Shown here in pieces: positions 16,150 through 35,805 of a DNA stretch of 64,000 nucleotides. Positions within the stretch are counted from its first letter, which is position 1, and every line of letters begins with the position of its first letter. Source of the stretch: the human T2T-CHM13v2.0 reference genome, Homo sapiens; assembly GCF_009914755.1 (NCBI RefSeq), contig NC_060938.1; one strand, 5' to 3'. The notes under the pieces were generated by a model, which saw only the letters and a program-made list of their open reading frames with translations, ran no database searches and was not told the origin of the DNA. Made by a program: the position numbers and the translations under genes.

Positions 16150-17005
16150 TTTAATTCACATAAAATATAAATAAGCCCACTACATATTAAAATAAATAAT
16201 ATAATGAAAAATAGCTGTATATTTCAAAACTCCCAAAATAGTCAAAATATTAACAGTTTTTTTACATTTTATAAATCTCTATAATCTCTGGCTTAATAAA
16301 AGATAGCTAAATTTTCAAATAACTGTTTCTACGTTTAATCTGTTGTAATATGTTTTTGTTGAAATTTGTGAGGAAAATTATGCTTGGAACAATTATGTAA
16401 CTTGGAAGGAATATTTTAATAACTTTTTCTAATGAATATGGATATTATTTGTTTTGCTATTTTACTCAAACTGGACAATAATGATAGACAGTTTCTTAAA
16501 GGTAAGTGTAGTAGTCAGAGTTCTCCAAGAAACAGAACCAATGATTGATTGATTGATAGATAGATAGGTAGATACATACATACATATATACATACGGGAT
16601 TTATTAGGAGAATTGACTCATGCAGTTATGGAGGCTGAGGACTTTCCTGACTGGCCATCTGTAAGCTGGAATTCTGATGTCTTAGGACAAGAGAAATTTA
16701 TATCCCAGCTCCAGAAGAGAGAGGAAATAGCCTATTTGCTCTATTTCGGTCCCCTCTAATTGGGTAGGTCTGCCCACATTGAGGGCAGATCTTACTTACT
16801 CAGCCTATGGACTCACTTGTGAATCTCCTCTGGAAACATTCTCACAAGCATACACAGAAATAATGCTTTATCAGTACTCTGTATAATCCTTCAACCAGTC
16901 AAGGTGGCACCAAAAATTAATCATCATAATAAGTAACATTGTGGAATTCAAAGCCATATTAAGGACATTTTCATAATACTCTGTTAAGTTAAAATCTATT
17001 GGTCC
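16150..17005. mobile_element. Charlie1-like hAT fragment, interrupted by an MLT2 LTR
   Basis: ctggcttaataaaagatagct...tttaatctgttg...gtttcttaaagg, resuming after 16926. Confidence 0.55.
16507..16926. mobile_element. MLT2 (ERVL) solo LTR
   Basis: tgtagtagtcagagttctccaagaaacagaaccaat, a (GATA)/(CATA) patch, and the end caaaaattaatcatca. Confidence 0.8.
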
Positions 17006-17183
17006 ACCAGAGTAGCCAATACAATATTGAAGAATAAGAAAAAAGTTGGAGGACTTGACACTATACAGCTTCAAGATTTATTATAAAGCTGTGGTGATAG
17101 GGGCAGTGTAGTATTGGCAAAATAGACAAATAGATCAAGGAAAAAGAATAGAGAGCCCAGAAATAGACCCATATAAATATAGT

Positions 17184-17547
17184 TGCTGTGGTCTGAATGT
17201 ATATATCTGCCCAGAATTCATATGTTGAAGCTTAACCCCCGATGTGAGGGCGTTTGAAGGATGAGGCCTTTGGGAGGTGATTTAGTCATGAGGGCAGAGA
17301 CCTCATGAATTGGATTAGTGTCCCTAATAAAAGAGGCCTGAGACAGGCCCCTTTCCCCTACCACCATATGCGATTATAGCCAGAAGACAGACATCTATCA
17401 ATCAGGAAGTAGGCCTTCACCTGAATTTCTTGGCACCTTGATCTTGGACTTCCAGACCTGCAGAACAGTGAGAAATAAACTTCTTTTGTTTATCAGCCAC
17501 CCAGTCCATGGTATTTTTTAAATAGCAGCTCAAATAGACTTAAGACA
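17184..17547 (+). mobile_element. MaLR solo LTR (MLT1A/MST-type)
   Basis: tgctgtggtctgaatgt...aattcatatgttgaag...gaaataaacttc...agacttaagaca. Confidence 0.8.
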
Positions 17548-18003
17548 ATGTTCAACTGGTCTTTGAAAAAGGAATAAACAAAATACAATGGAGCAAAGAT
17601 AGTTTTTTTAACAAATGGTGCTGGAACACCTGGACATCTGCATGCTTTAAAAAATTGAATCTGGACGTAGACCTTACACCCTTAAAAAAGTTAATTCAAA
17701 GTGGATCATAGGACTACATATAAAACACAAAACTATAAAACTGCCAGACAATAATATAGGAGAAAGCCTAGGTAACCTTGGGTATGGCAGTGATTTTCAG
17801 CTCTAAAGGTACCATCCACAAAAGAAAATATTGGTAAGCTGGGCTTCATTAAAAACTCTGCTCTACAAACACAATGCCATGAAATGAAAAGAGAAGCCAC
17901 AGACTGGGAGAAATATTTTCAAAAGACGCATCTGATAATGTACTATTACTTAAAAATATACAAGAACTCCTAAAACTCAGCAATAAGAAAATGAACAACC
18001 CTA

Positions 18004-18323
18004 GGCCGAGCGCAGTGGCTCACGCCTGTAATCCCAACACTTTGGGAGGCCAAGGCAGGTGGATCACTTAAGGTCAGGAGTTCATGACCAAGCCTGGCCA
18101 ACTTGGTGAAACCCCATCTCTACCAAAAATACAAAAATTAGCCATGCGCGGTGGTGCACGACTGTAATCCCAACTACTCAGGAGGCTGAGGCAGGAGAAT
18201 GGCTTGAACCCAGGAGGCGGAGGTTTCAGTGAGCCGAGAACATGCCACACTGCACTGCAGCCTGGGCAACAGAGCAAGACTCTGTCTTAAAAAAATAAAT
18301 AAATAAAAATAAAAATAAAAATA
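18004..18323 (+). mobile_element. Alu (AluSx-like)
   Basis: Complete dimer with an (A3-5T)n tail. Confidence 0.93.
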
Positions 18324-20791
18324 AACTCTATTGAAAAGTGGGCCAAAGACCTTAACAAACACCTCACCAAAGAAGATATACAGATGTCAAATAAGTATAT
18401 AAAAAGATGTTCTACATTTTATGTCATCATGGAAATGCAAATTAAAACAACAGTGAAATATTACTACATATCTATTAGAATGGTCATAATCTGGAATACT
18501 GACAATACCAAGTGCTGATGAGGATGTGGGGCAAGAAACTCTCATTAATTGCTGGTGGGAATGCAAGATGGCATAGCCACTTTGGAGGACAGTTCAGTGG
18601 TTTTTTAACATGCATTCCAGCAGTTTTGCCCCTTGGTATTTATCCAAATGTGTTGAAAATGTACATCCACACAAAAATCTGCACATAGATTTTTATAGAA
18701 ACTTTATAAATGACAAAACTTGGAAGCAACCAAGATAACCTTCAGTGGGTGAATGGATAAGTAAACTGTGGTACATCCAGATAATGGAATATTATTCAGT
18801 GCCAAAAAGAAATGAGCTATCAAACTATGAGAAGATAAGAAGGAAACTTAAATGCATATTACTACATCAAAGCAGCCAATCTGCAAAAGCTACACATTGT
18901 AAGTATCCAGCTATATGACTTTCTGGAAAAGGCAAAACTATGAAGATAGTAAAAGAATCAGTGCTTGCCAGAGGTTAGAGAGGAGGAAGGGATGAGCAGG
19001 CAGAGTACAGAGGATTTTTAGGGCAGTAAAACTACTCTGAATGATACTACAATGAAGGAAACATGTTATGATGCATTGTCTAAACCATAGAATATACAAC
19101 ACTGAAAATGAACCCTAATGTAAACTGTGGACTTTGGGTGATAATGATGTGTCAGTGGAGGTTTATCAGTGGTAATAAATGTGCCACTTCGTTGGGGTAT
19201 GTTGATAATGGGAGAAGCTATGCATATTGCAGTACAAGGGATATATGGGAAATTATATGGAAAAATTTCTCACTTCCTAAAGATGCTATGAATTTCTTTT
19301 TCCTTTAAAGAAGTTTATGCAGATTTGTGGTTATCTCATAAACAAAATTAACCATAAAAGAGTAATCCTCATTAGAAAAATATTTAAGTCACGTTTTTAA
19401 AGTCTGCTCAATTTTGCTGTAAACCTGAAACTAATCTAAAAATGTAAAGTTTTGTTTTACTATCCATTAGCCTTGAGTCTTCCAATTCTGGAAAGATGGA
19501 GTAAATGTACTTTGGTCTATTCCTCATGCTAAGTACAACTGAAAGTCCTAAGAAATAATGTGGTGGTGTGTTCTTGTTTTTGTGTGTGTGCCTCATATAT
19601 TTTATACTTGGAGCTGAAGCAGCTGACAACCTAGAAATATCGAAAGACACTGACAAATAGCTTCAACAAAAGCTTTCTCTGTTTAGCCAAAGGGCGTAGA
19701 AACCATACCAAGTCAGAAAGCTTATACTATAACCACCCTACTCCTGCCAAACACTACAGAAAAACTGTGGTCCTACACCAACCCATGCCAGCAAAAGTTG
19801 AGTGGGGAGCCTGGATTCTCACCCTCACTAGACTGTGATGAAGTACCCCAATTTGTGGTCCCCTGAAAGGGTCTCAGAACCTCTGGTATTCAAGATCACA
19901 GCTTTGAGACTTTAAGCTTTACTACTAAATGAGTTAAATTTCTCACTTCCTAAAGATGCTATGAATTTATTTTGTTTTTCCTTTTAAGAAATGTATGTAG
20001 ATTTGTGGTTTATCACGTAAAATTAACCATAAAAGAGTAGTCCTCATTAGAAAAATATTTAAGTCACTTTTTAAAAAAGTCTGAATAGTTGAAGTTTATT
20101 TTTCACCAAGTGATAATTTATTTTTGTCAATTTTGTGGGAAAGTAATGACTTATTATCTGTTTATAAACAAAATTTCTACACACTAATATTTTACATTTG
20201 AATACATGTGTAAATTTCTTTACTCCTATATTTGTCCCTCACAGGAATCCACATCTTCACCTCATCTTTTAATAAGTATTAGTATGTTTTGTTGACTACT
20301 GAGGCATTTTATAGTTAATCTACTTAAATATTAGTTGGATTTATACCAAAAAGTTATCTAAAATAATATTGTCAATGATGAATTGTATTAAACAAATGTG
20401 TTTGACTACTCTGTAATTCAGCATTTATAATTTGCCTTAGTTATGTAGTATGTTGTGTGACTTCACAGTATCAGGTTTTGTGAACTTCTGTAAGCATCCT
20501 TTCTGAGAAAGCCAATGGGAAAAGTATAATTTTTTACTACTTGTAATTTTGGATAATTGTTGTATATAAGAATGTTTACTATTAAAGGCACAAGATGAAA
20601 TGTAGACTCAACAGTATTGAATGATGTTAAGAACAAATTAGATTGGAGATACTGGTGTAGTGTTTTTCTCTGGCTTCTGTCATGTGAACTTTCATTCTTA
20701 TATTGGATAGATGGTGGATATTTAAAAGTATGGTCTAATCTAGGGGTTGGCAAACTATGATCCACAGGTCAAATCTGGCCTGCTACTTGCC

Positions 20792-21114
<323 letters not shown>

Positions 21115-21839
21115 TGCTGCCTGGTTTTATAAATAATATTTTCATCTTATGAAATTGAAAAATATGACCCATTCGAAAGCACTTTGGAAATTGTGAAATA
21201 AATATTTATTAAATGACTAATTTCAAGTATCACAAATAGTTATTTAAATAATAATACATTATACAGAAAATATATGGATTTTGCCTGAAATTTCATCACA
21301 AGTTAAAAAATACATTTTGAAAAGGGATATGATGAATTTTGTTAATGTTAGTCTTTAAACTGAGTCATTCTGCTTGAGCATTTCAAAATGGAGAAAAAGG
21401 TTAAATACTTGCTGAATAAGATTTGTCCTCTGATTTGCTTCTGGTCTGTCACTATTTTGTAGATAACTTGAAATCTGTGTGAAATTACAGAATTCATAGG
21501 TAAAAAGGGGATGTAATATTTTTTGGAGAAAATTGAACTATATGTTCAGTGAATGTAAACTCTTCTTACTGATGTTGTCATACTCTTTTAAAAGTAGCAG
21601 ATACCTGGGACTAATTATTCAGGATTTATTCTGAATCAGGGAAATCCAGTGCTTATGTTTACTCAATAAAACTGCTATTTTAAAAGAAATATTTTTATCT
21701 TTGGAAAGACAATGATACATGAAAATTGAAGTTTTGTTAGAACACAGTCTTACTCATTCACCTATGTATTACCTATGGGTGGTTTCACTGTACAACAGCA
21801 GAGTTGAGTAGTTTCATATGTCACTCAAAGCCAGAAATA

Positions 21840-22074
21840 CAGTCATCCATCCTTTGGTATGTGTTGGGGATTGTTCCAGGACCTCTGCATATACCAAAAT
21901 CTGCATATACTCAGTCCCTCCATTCGGCTCTGGGGAACCTGCATGTATACAAAACATTGGCCCTCCATATATGCGGGTTTTGCATTTCATTAATTTGATC
22001 TATGTTTGGTTGAAAAAAATCTGCAGATAAGTGGAACCAAGGAGTTCAAACTTGTGTTGTTCAAGGGTAAACTG
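21840..22074 (-). mobile_element. MER8 (Tigger2-derived MITE)
   Basis: About 235 bp; ggggattgttccaggacc...gtggaacc...tgttgttcaagggtaaactg. Confidence 0.85.
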
Positions 22075-22347
22075 CATTTTGACTGTCTTTACAGAAAAAG
22101 TTTATTGACCCGTGGTGTAGATAAGAAATCATTGTGACCTGAGTGAGAATATTAGTCAATGTAACTCTTCAAGGTAATGAAAAGAGTACTGAGCTATGAT
22201 TTAAACTTAACTGCAGAGAAGTCTAGCATATTCCAGTTATCAGCAGTGTAGCATGATAACTAAATTACTTGACCTTTCAGAATCTTAGTTTTCTCAATTG
22301 TTAAATGAACATACTGATACTATTCTACTCACTTCACAGTCTTAAAA

Positions 22348-22521
22348 GGGATAGCATTAGGAGATATATCTAATGCTAAATGATGAGTTAATGGGTGCAG
22401 CACACCAACATGGCACATGTATACATATGTAACAAACCTGCACATTGTGCACATGTACCCTAAAACTTAAAGTATAATAATAATTAAAATAAATAAATAA
22501 AAGAAAATAATTTAAAAATAA
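22348..22521 (+). mobile_element. Very short L1PA (about L1PA3) 3' end inserted next to a MIR remnant
   Basis: gggatagcattaggagatata...ccctaaaacttaaagtataataa plus A-rich tail; TSD TAAAAGG (22343-22349 / 22522-22528). Confidence 0.9.
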
Positions 22522-23771
22522 TAAAAGGTAAGTGATGATAATATTATATTAAATATGGTGATAGAATTGCTGGATAATTTAATCAGGGAATGCTAAAAAG
22601 ATAGTGACTCGATGTTGATAATTTCATAAGCTTTTCATTATGTCTTTGTGAGTATATAGTTCATTAGAATTGTTATAAGAAGTTGTTGTTGAATAATTTC
22701 AGGTCAATGTGGAAGATGTCTGGTATTTTAAAGTATTCTGTTTTAGAACAAAATCCAGCTTTTTAATAGCGCATGCAAGACCAGTAATGATCTGATTACT
22801 TCCTGGCTCTTCAACTTCACCTCTCACTATTTGCTGTTTTTATACTATTTGTATAAATGATGGAATTAGAGAGAGAAAGGCTAAGATAATAGGAGTGAAA
22901 GAAACATCTATGCCAGACAGAAGTAAACTATGGCTGTGTTTGCCATGATTTGTTTTTACAATCTGGTTGTTTACAGAAACAAAGCAACAAAAACTAAATA
23001 TGAAATTAAATAATGAAGAAGCTATGCCGAAGGATGTTTAAAATTTGAAAAAACAACTTTATAAGAACCTTTATGTTTTCTTATGACTGGATAACTACTA
23101 TTTTTTTAAACTAATCTTAATTTTAGAGACTATAAAAGGAGAGAGATTACATATAGGAACTTTTCCTTTTGGAAACAATTAAAATTGTGTGTCTTATACG
23201 GGCTATTCAACATGATATAAATGTGGAAAATCTACTTACAGAAAAATTTCTGAGGTTATAGTGTTAAATGTTTTCTATTTCTGTAGAGGATATTCAAAGA
23301 AAAATTGGTATCAGTAAAATGGACAACTGCACAAAACCCTATTTGTTTTTAGGGGAGGAGGTGAGAGATTGAGGTGGGACTATACATTTTCAAAGAGAGA
23401 GGCACTTAGCTACTAGAAATTTAACGAATATTTTATTTTTGACACACATACTGGAATTTCTAAACTGTGTGAGAGAAGTAAAATAATTTTACAGTTAAAA
23501 TTATATGAAAGAAGTAGATTTGTGATTTAGATTTAGAGGGAAAACCTAACAGTAATACATGTACGCATGTTGGCTGTTGCTGTTTTGAATTTATTTCTCC
23601 CTTATGATCTAATTTAAATTTGTATTTTTTTACTTAGTAAATTATTGGTCTGGGACAACTCGGGGATGAAGGATTTTACTTAATTTTTCTAAATTAGCAC
23701 TTCTGCTATTGTCTTTGCATTTATTATTCATCCTAGAATAGAACAAATATCCAGTTAAAAATCTTTATTAT

Positions 23772-24058
23772 GACCGGATGCAGTGGCTCACTCCTGTAAT
23801 CCCAGCACCTTGGGGGCCGAGGCGGGTGGATCATGAGGTCAAGAGATCGAGACCATCCTGGCCAACATGGTGAAACCCCGTCTCTACTAAAAATACAAAA
23901 ATTAGCTGGGCGTGGTGGCGTGCGCCTATAGTCCCAGCTACTTGGGAAGCTGAGGCAGGAGAATCGCTTGAATCCGGAGACAGGGGTTGCAGTGAGCCAA
24001 GATTGCACCACTGCACTCCAGCCTGGCAACAGAGCAAGACACCATCTAAAAAAAAAAA
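23772..24058 (+). mobile_element. AluSc
   Basis: GGTCAAGAGATCGAGACCATCC and CCTGGCAACAGAGC. Confidence 0.93.
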
Positions 24059-24493
24059 CTATATTATTTCTCAATTATTTTTATTTCAGTTATATCACAA
24101 CTATTTGAAATTTGCTTATGAAGCTACCAAAGAGTACATGCACAGAAAGGAAACCTTATGCTTGCCCTGCCCTGCCATCCAGTTTTCCTTCCCTAAAAGC
24201 AACCTCTGTTACAGAGGTTATCTGTGCATGCGCACATGTGCACACACACAAATGTGAATGTACAGATACATATATACATATGTATATATGCATATTTACA
24301 TATGCATGTAAGTGCAATATGTACATATTACACATTTGAATAAAAATACATCTTACAAAAATGTATACTGTTGTGCATATTTCTCTTTTTTTTACAATAT
24401 CTCAAATATGTTTCATATCTAAACAGACATCACTTTTTAATAGCTGCATAGCATCTTGTTTATTTATAACTAATACATAATAACTGTACATTT

Positions 24494-30941
<6,448 letters not shown>

Positions 30942-30954
30942 CTGTACATTTATT

Positions 30955-31128
30955 TTATACAAAGTGATGTTTCAATGTAGGTATACATTGTATAATGGTC
31001 AAATCAGGCAGTTACTATATCTAACAGTTTAAACATTTATCATTTCTGTGTGGTGATAATATTCAAAATCCTCTCTTCTGCCTATCTTGAAATATACATT
31101 GCATTCTTATTAGCTATAGTCACCCTAT
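30955..31128 (-). mobile_element. L1MA 3' end fragment
   Basis: gtatacattgtataatggtcaaatcagg...ttcaaaatcctctcttc...agctatagtcaccct. Confidence 0.7.
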
Positions 31129-32461
31129 AAAGTTTCAAAAGCTGGAGGTTTTGGTGCTCAATTGATTGAACAGTTTGACTAAAGATTTCCAAGTGAATTT
31201 TTAAAACATGCACCCAAGTTTAGATGATTTATTCATAAAAGTGCTCAGTATCATTGCAGGGTACTTATGTTGATTTAAAAAATAGTTCTTCAAAGGCTCA
31301 AGCAATTTTGCTCATCTTAGTTTAGAGACATCTAAAAACTTCAAAAAAAAAAATGGCGAGCTTAACAAACTGTTAAGTCCCTTTCGGCATATCTTCTTAC
31401 ATCCTTCTTTGCCTTCCAACAATTGTGAATAATAGGACTAGAAAGAGAAAAATGAGAGAAAACCTCATAAGGTATTCAATCTCCATGCTTCCACAAATGT
31501 TTTGGAAATATTTGGAGACAGTTATGTATTAGTTAAATATTATCTCAATATGTGCTGTAGCTGAAAATCCTGTTATCAGTATAAAACTTTCTTCCTGTAT
31601 TTCACAAGAATTGAGCCACATTTAGAGGCATCCACCAACCATTTTCTGGACATGAATTTACAAGATAAATAACTCCCCTTTAGGGAAATTAAATATTTAT
31701 ATATTTTAAGCATTTCAGTATTTAACACAACATGATAAGGAAAGAATATAAAAAGATTTCAATCTAGAGCAGTAATTTACTGAGTCTGAGAGATTGCCAG
31801 ATTTGCTTGGATTTGCCAGATCCTGTTTTAGAAGTATGCCAAAGTGTGAATATTTTATATTTTTAAATATAAAATAAGTATTTCTAGTTACATAGTTTTC
31901 ACATGACATGCTGGACTGTAGATTATATGGTTGCATGTTTTTCTTCCACTAAACTTGCATTTAGCAGCAAGTACGGAGCTCAAAAGTCCCTATCATCAAT
32001 ATTTTATATTGTAAAACTAATTTTAGTAGAATATTAAGCTTTTAAATTATTAAACATGTGAAGAACTCTTAATAGTCTATTATACATAAGTATTAAAACA
32101 TAAGAGTTCAGACCAGTCTGGGTATTTAGAAAAATGAGTAATTTAAAAAATGGATCCAAAGATATTAAAAAGAAGATAATACAGTATTATAATGTGTCAG
32201 GAGATATTCAGGTTAAAATAATCATATCTTAGATAATTTGCCAATGAGATTAATATAATGCCTCTTTCTGATGACCACGTTTTTGTTAGGGCCTTTATTT
32301 GAACAGTGTTCCTACAGCTTTCAATAACTAAAAGATTAGCAGCCTTTTCTAAACAACCATTCTTTTAAACATAAAATAGCACTATTAAACAGGATTAGAA
32401 CTCTGTATTAGATTGAAAGCACCCTGAAATGAAGAGCCCCATCTATCACATTAAGCCTGTA

Positions 32462-32811
32462 CTGTAGTCCCCTTTTATCCACAGGGGATAAATTCCAAAA
32501 CTGCCAGTGAATGGCTGAAACCACAGATACTACTGAACCCAAGTACTGCGATACCACAATAGCTGATCTGATAACCCAGATGGCTGGTAAGTGAATAACA
32601 AGTGGGTAGCCTATACAATGTGAATTCACTGGACAAAGGGATGATTCATGTCCCAGTGGGATGGAGTGGGAAGGTGTAAAATTTCATCATACTCCTCAGA
32701 CTGGCACATAATTTAAAACCTAAGTATTATTTATGTCTGGAAGTCTTTATTTAATATTTCAGATCACAGTTGACCTTGGAAAGCAAAACTGAAGATAAGG
32801 AAAGACTACTC
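32462..32811 (-). mobile_element. MER44A (Tigger7-derived MITE)
   Basis: TIRs ctgtagtccccttttatcc...gataaggaaagactact; internal ctggacaaagggatgattcatgtccc. Confidence 0.85.
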
Positions 32812-33799
32812 TATTCTCATTGCTGGGCAAAGTCCCTCATACTTAGTAAGTGATGTCTTTCCTTAATGAAGTCACAGACCTAATTTTATGTTTTAGCCCT
32901 TCCACTTATAAGATATACATCCAAAAAAAGGACAAAGCACTCCAAAGGGGAAATGTATCTTTTTGTCAAGTCAGGGAATACTTAGTAAGGAGAAGACAAT
33001 TTGAGTTATCAGTGTCAAGAGAGAAGTTGGATTGCAGGAACAAAGTTGATGCCATTAAAAAAAAAAAAGAATAGAAGTTGTTTGTGAAATAATGAGTGTC
33101 CACTGCATTAGTTATATGAAGGGAAGTAATGGAAAGCTATGTTGGAGGGAGGGGAATTTTTTAGCCAGAAAAGCACATTTGTAGTTGTACTTATAAAGAT
33201 GATTAACAGTAGTGCTTATAAAATGGACTGGATCAGAGATCCTTTATACAACTGTAAATGCTTTATATATTATTTCTATAAATCACCCTGGGTTCTTAGT
33301 TATTCATATTTTAAAAGTTCATTGATAACTGTATATTAAGATGCTAAAATAATAGAATTGCTTTTGCAAATACAAATATATGCCAAATAGATTCCAGTTA
33401 TCAATCATTTGGTAATTTACTCCTCTGTTTATAAATTTCAAAATATGTTCCAAGGCGTGGAATCTGAGAATTCTTTTTTCCAAAACATTGTACATATTAT
33501 ATGAGCTGTGTTAAAGTGAATCTAATCTTAGTCTATGCATCATCATATTTCAGAAGCTGTTACCCAGGTCGTGATATGTCTTTTTTCACATACATGTGAA
33601 TATGAAAATAGCACTATATGTATAAAATTTCTTTTTATGGTAACTCACAAATATTATTTCTCTGCATGTTTATTTTATACTGTTTTATTTTTTCTGTAGC
33701 CAACTTCATTAGATCTGCTTGTTTGCCCTCAGGTAGAACATCTGTTAAGGGAATAAATGATTGATGGTTGAGTAGAATCTAGGGAAATAATCGAGATGA

Positions 33800-34060
33800 A
33801 AGAAGCAGTGTTGTACAAAAGTTAAGAGCTGCAGATTTGGGCTTGACAATTTGGAATGAAATATTAGGTTTTCCACTAAATAGGGCTTTTTAACCTATGT
33901 GCCTCACTTTCTACATCTGTAAACTTGGGAGAGTAATTCAAGATGCTACCTACTTCTTAGGATTATCATGAGGCTTAAATTAGGTAATACATGTAAAAGC
34001 TCATAGAACATAGTCTGATAAGTGGAAAGGACTAATAGATGTTAGCTATAAATCATTATT
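33800..34060 (+). mobile_element. MIR
   Basis: gcctcactttctacatctgtaaacttggg...ggattatcatgaggcttaaat...gttagctat. Confidence 0.75.
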
Positions 34061-34716
34061 TTCATAATTTGAGTTACATACTCTAAGAAAGGTCCACATA
34101 TACCTTACTAGAATAGTTATCAAACTTTATTATGCAAATTTTATTGTACAAATTTGTTTTTTTATGTATTTTGTTTTGTTTGTTTTTCCATAGGTTATTG
34201 GGGGTACAGGTGGTGTTTGGTTACGTGAGTAAGTTCTTTAGTGGTGATTTGTGAGATTTTGGTGCACCCATCACCTGAGCAGTATACACTGCACCCTATT
34301 TGTAGTCTTAACCCTCCCCCTCCACCCTTACTCCCAAGTCATTAAAGTCTGTTGTATCATTCTTATGCCTTTGTGTCCTCATAGCTTAGACCCCACATAT
34401 CAGTGAGAATATACAATGTTTGGTTTTCCATTCCTGAGTTACTTCACTTAGAATAATAGTCTCTAACCTCATCCAGGTCGCTATGAATGCCGTTAATTCA
34501 TACCTTCTTTTGGCTGAGTAGTATTCCTTTGTATATATATGCCACAGTTTCTTTATCCACTTGTTGATTGATGGGCACTTGGGTTCGTTCCATGATTTTG
34601 CAGTTGTGAATTGTGCTGCCATAAACATGCGTGTCCAAGTGTCTTTTTCATATAATGACTTCTTTTCCTCTGGGTAGATACCCAGTAGTGGGTTTGCTGG
34701 ATCAAATGGTAGTTCT

Positions 34717-35805
34717 TTTTTTTTTTTTTTTTTAAATTATACTTTAAGTTCTAGGGTACATGTGCACAATGTGCAGGTTTGTTACATAGGTATACATGTG
34801 CCATGTTGGTTTGCTGCATCAACTTGTCATTTACATTAAGTATTTCTCCTAATGCTATCCCTCCCCCAGCCCCCTACCCCCCCACAGGCCCCAGTGTGTG
34901 ATGTTCCCCGCCCTGGGTCTGTGTGTTCTCGTTGTTCAATTCCCACCTATCAGTGAGAACATATGGTGTTTGGTTTTCTGTCCTTGTGGTGGTTTGCTGA
35001 GAATGATGGCTTCCAGCTTCATCCATGTCCCTGCAAAGGACATGAACTCATCCTTTTTTATGGCTGCATAGTATTCCATGATGTATATGTGCCACATTTT
35101 CTTAATCCAGTCTATCATTGATGGACATTTGGGTTGGTTCCAAGTCTTTGCTATTGTGAATAGTGCCGCAATAAACATACATGTGCATATGTCTTTATAG
35201 TAGCATGATTTATAATCCTTTGGGTATATACCCAGTAATGGGATGGCTGGGTGAAATGGTATTTCTAGTTCTAGATCCTTGAGGAATCGCCACACTGTCT
35301 TCCACAATGGTTGAACTAATTTACACTCCCACCAACAGTGTAAAAGCATTACTATTTCTCCACATCTTCTCCAGCACCTGTTGTTTCCTGACTTTTTAAT
35401 GATCGCCATTCTAACTGGCATGAGATGGTATCTCCTTGTGGTTTTGATTTGCATTTCTCTGATGACCAGTTATGAGTATTTTTTCATGTGTCTGTGGGTT
35501 GCATAAATGTCTTCTTCTGAGAAGTGTCTGTTCATATCCTTTGCCCGCTTGTTGATGGGGTTGGTTTTTTCTGTAAATTTGTTTAAGTTCTTTGTAGATT
35601 CTGGATGTTAGCCCTTTGTCAGATGGGTAGATTGCAAAAATTTTCTCCCATTCTGGAGATATTAGCCCTTTGTCAGATGGATAAATTGCAAAAATTTTCT
35701 CCTGTTCTGTAGGTTGCCTGTTCACTCTGATGGTAGTTTCTTTTGCCTTGCAGAAGCTCTTTAGTTTAATTAGATCCCATTTGTCCATTTTGGCTTTTGT
35801 TGCCA
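34717..35805 (-). mobile_element. 5'-truncated L1PA (about L1PA5-6) nested in L1PB1
   Basis: Poly-T, 3'UTR and ORF2 C-terminus; perfect 16-bp TSD atcaaatggtagttct (34701-34716 / 35806-35821). Confidence 0.95.

Larger units (their letters stand above)
17006..19448 (+). mobile_element. L1MC (L1MC1-like) 3' portion with nested LTR, Alu and a templated insert
   Basis: Degenerate ORF2 3' end plus 3'UTR aatgaaccctaatgtaaactgtggactttgggtgataatgatgtgtc...ctcaattttgctgtaaacctgaaact. Confidence 0.85.
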
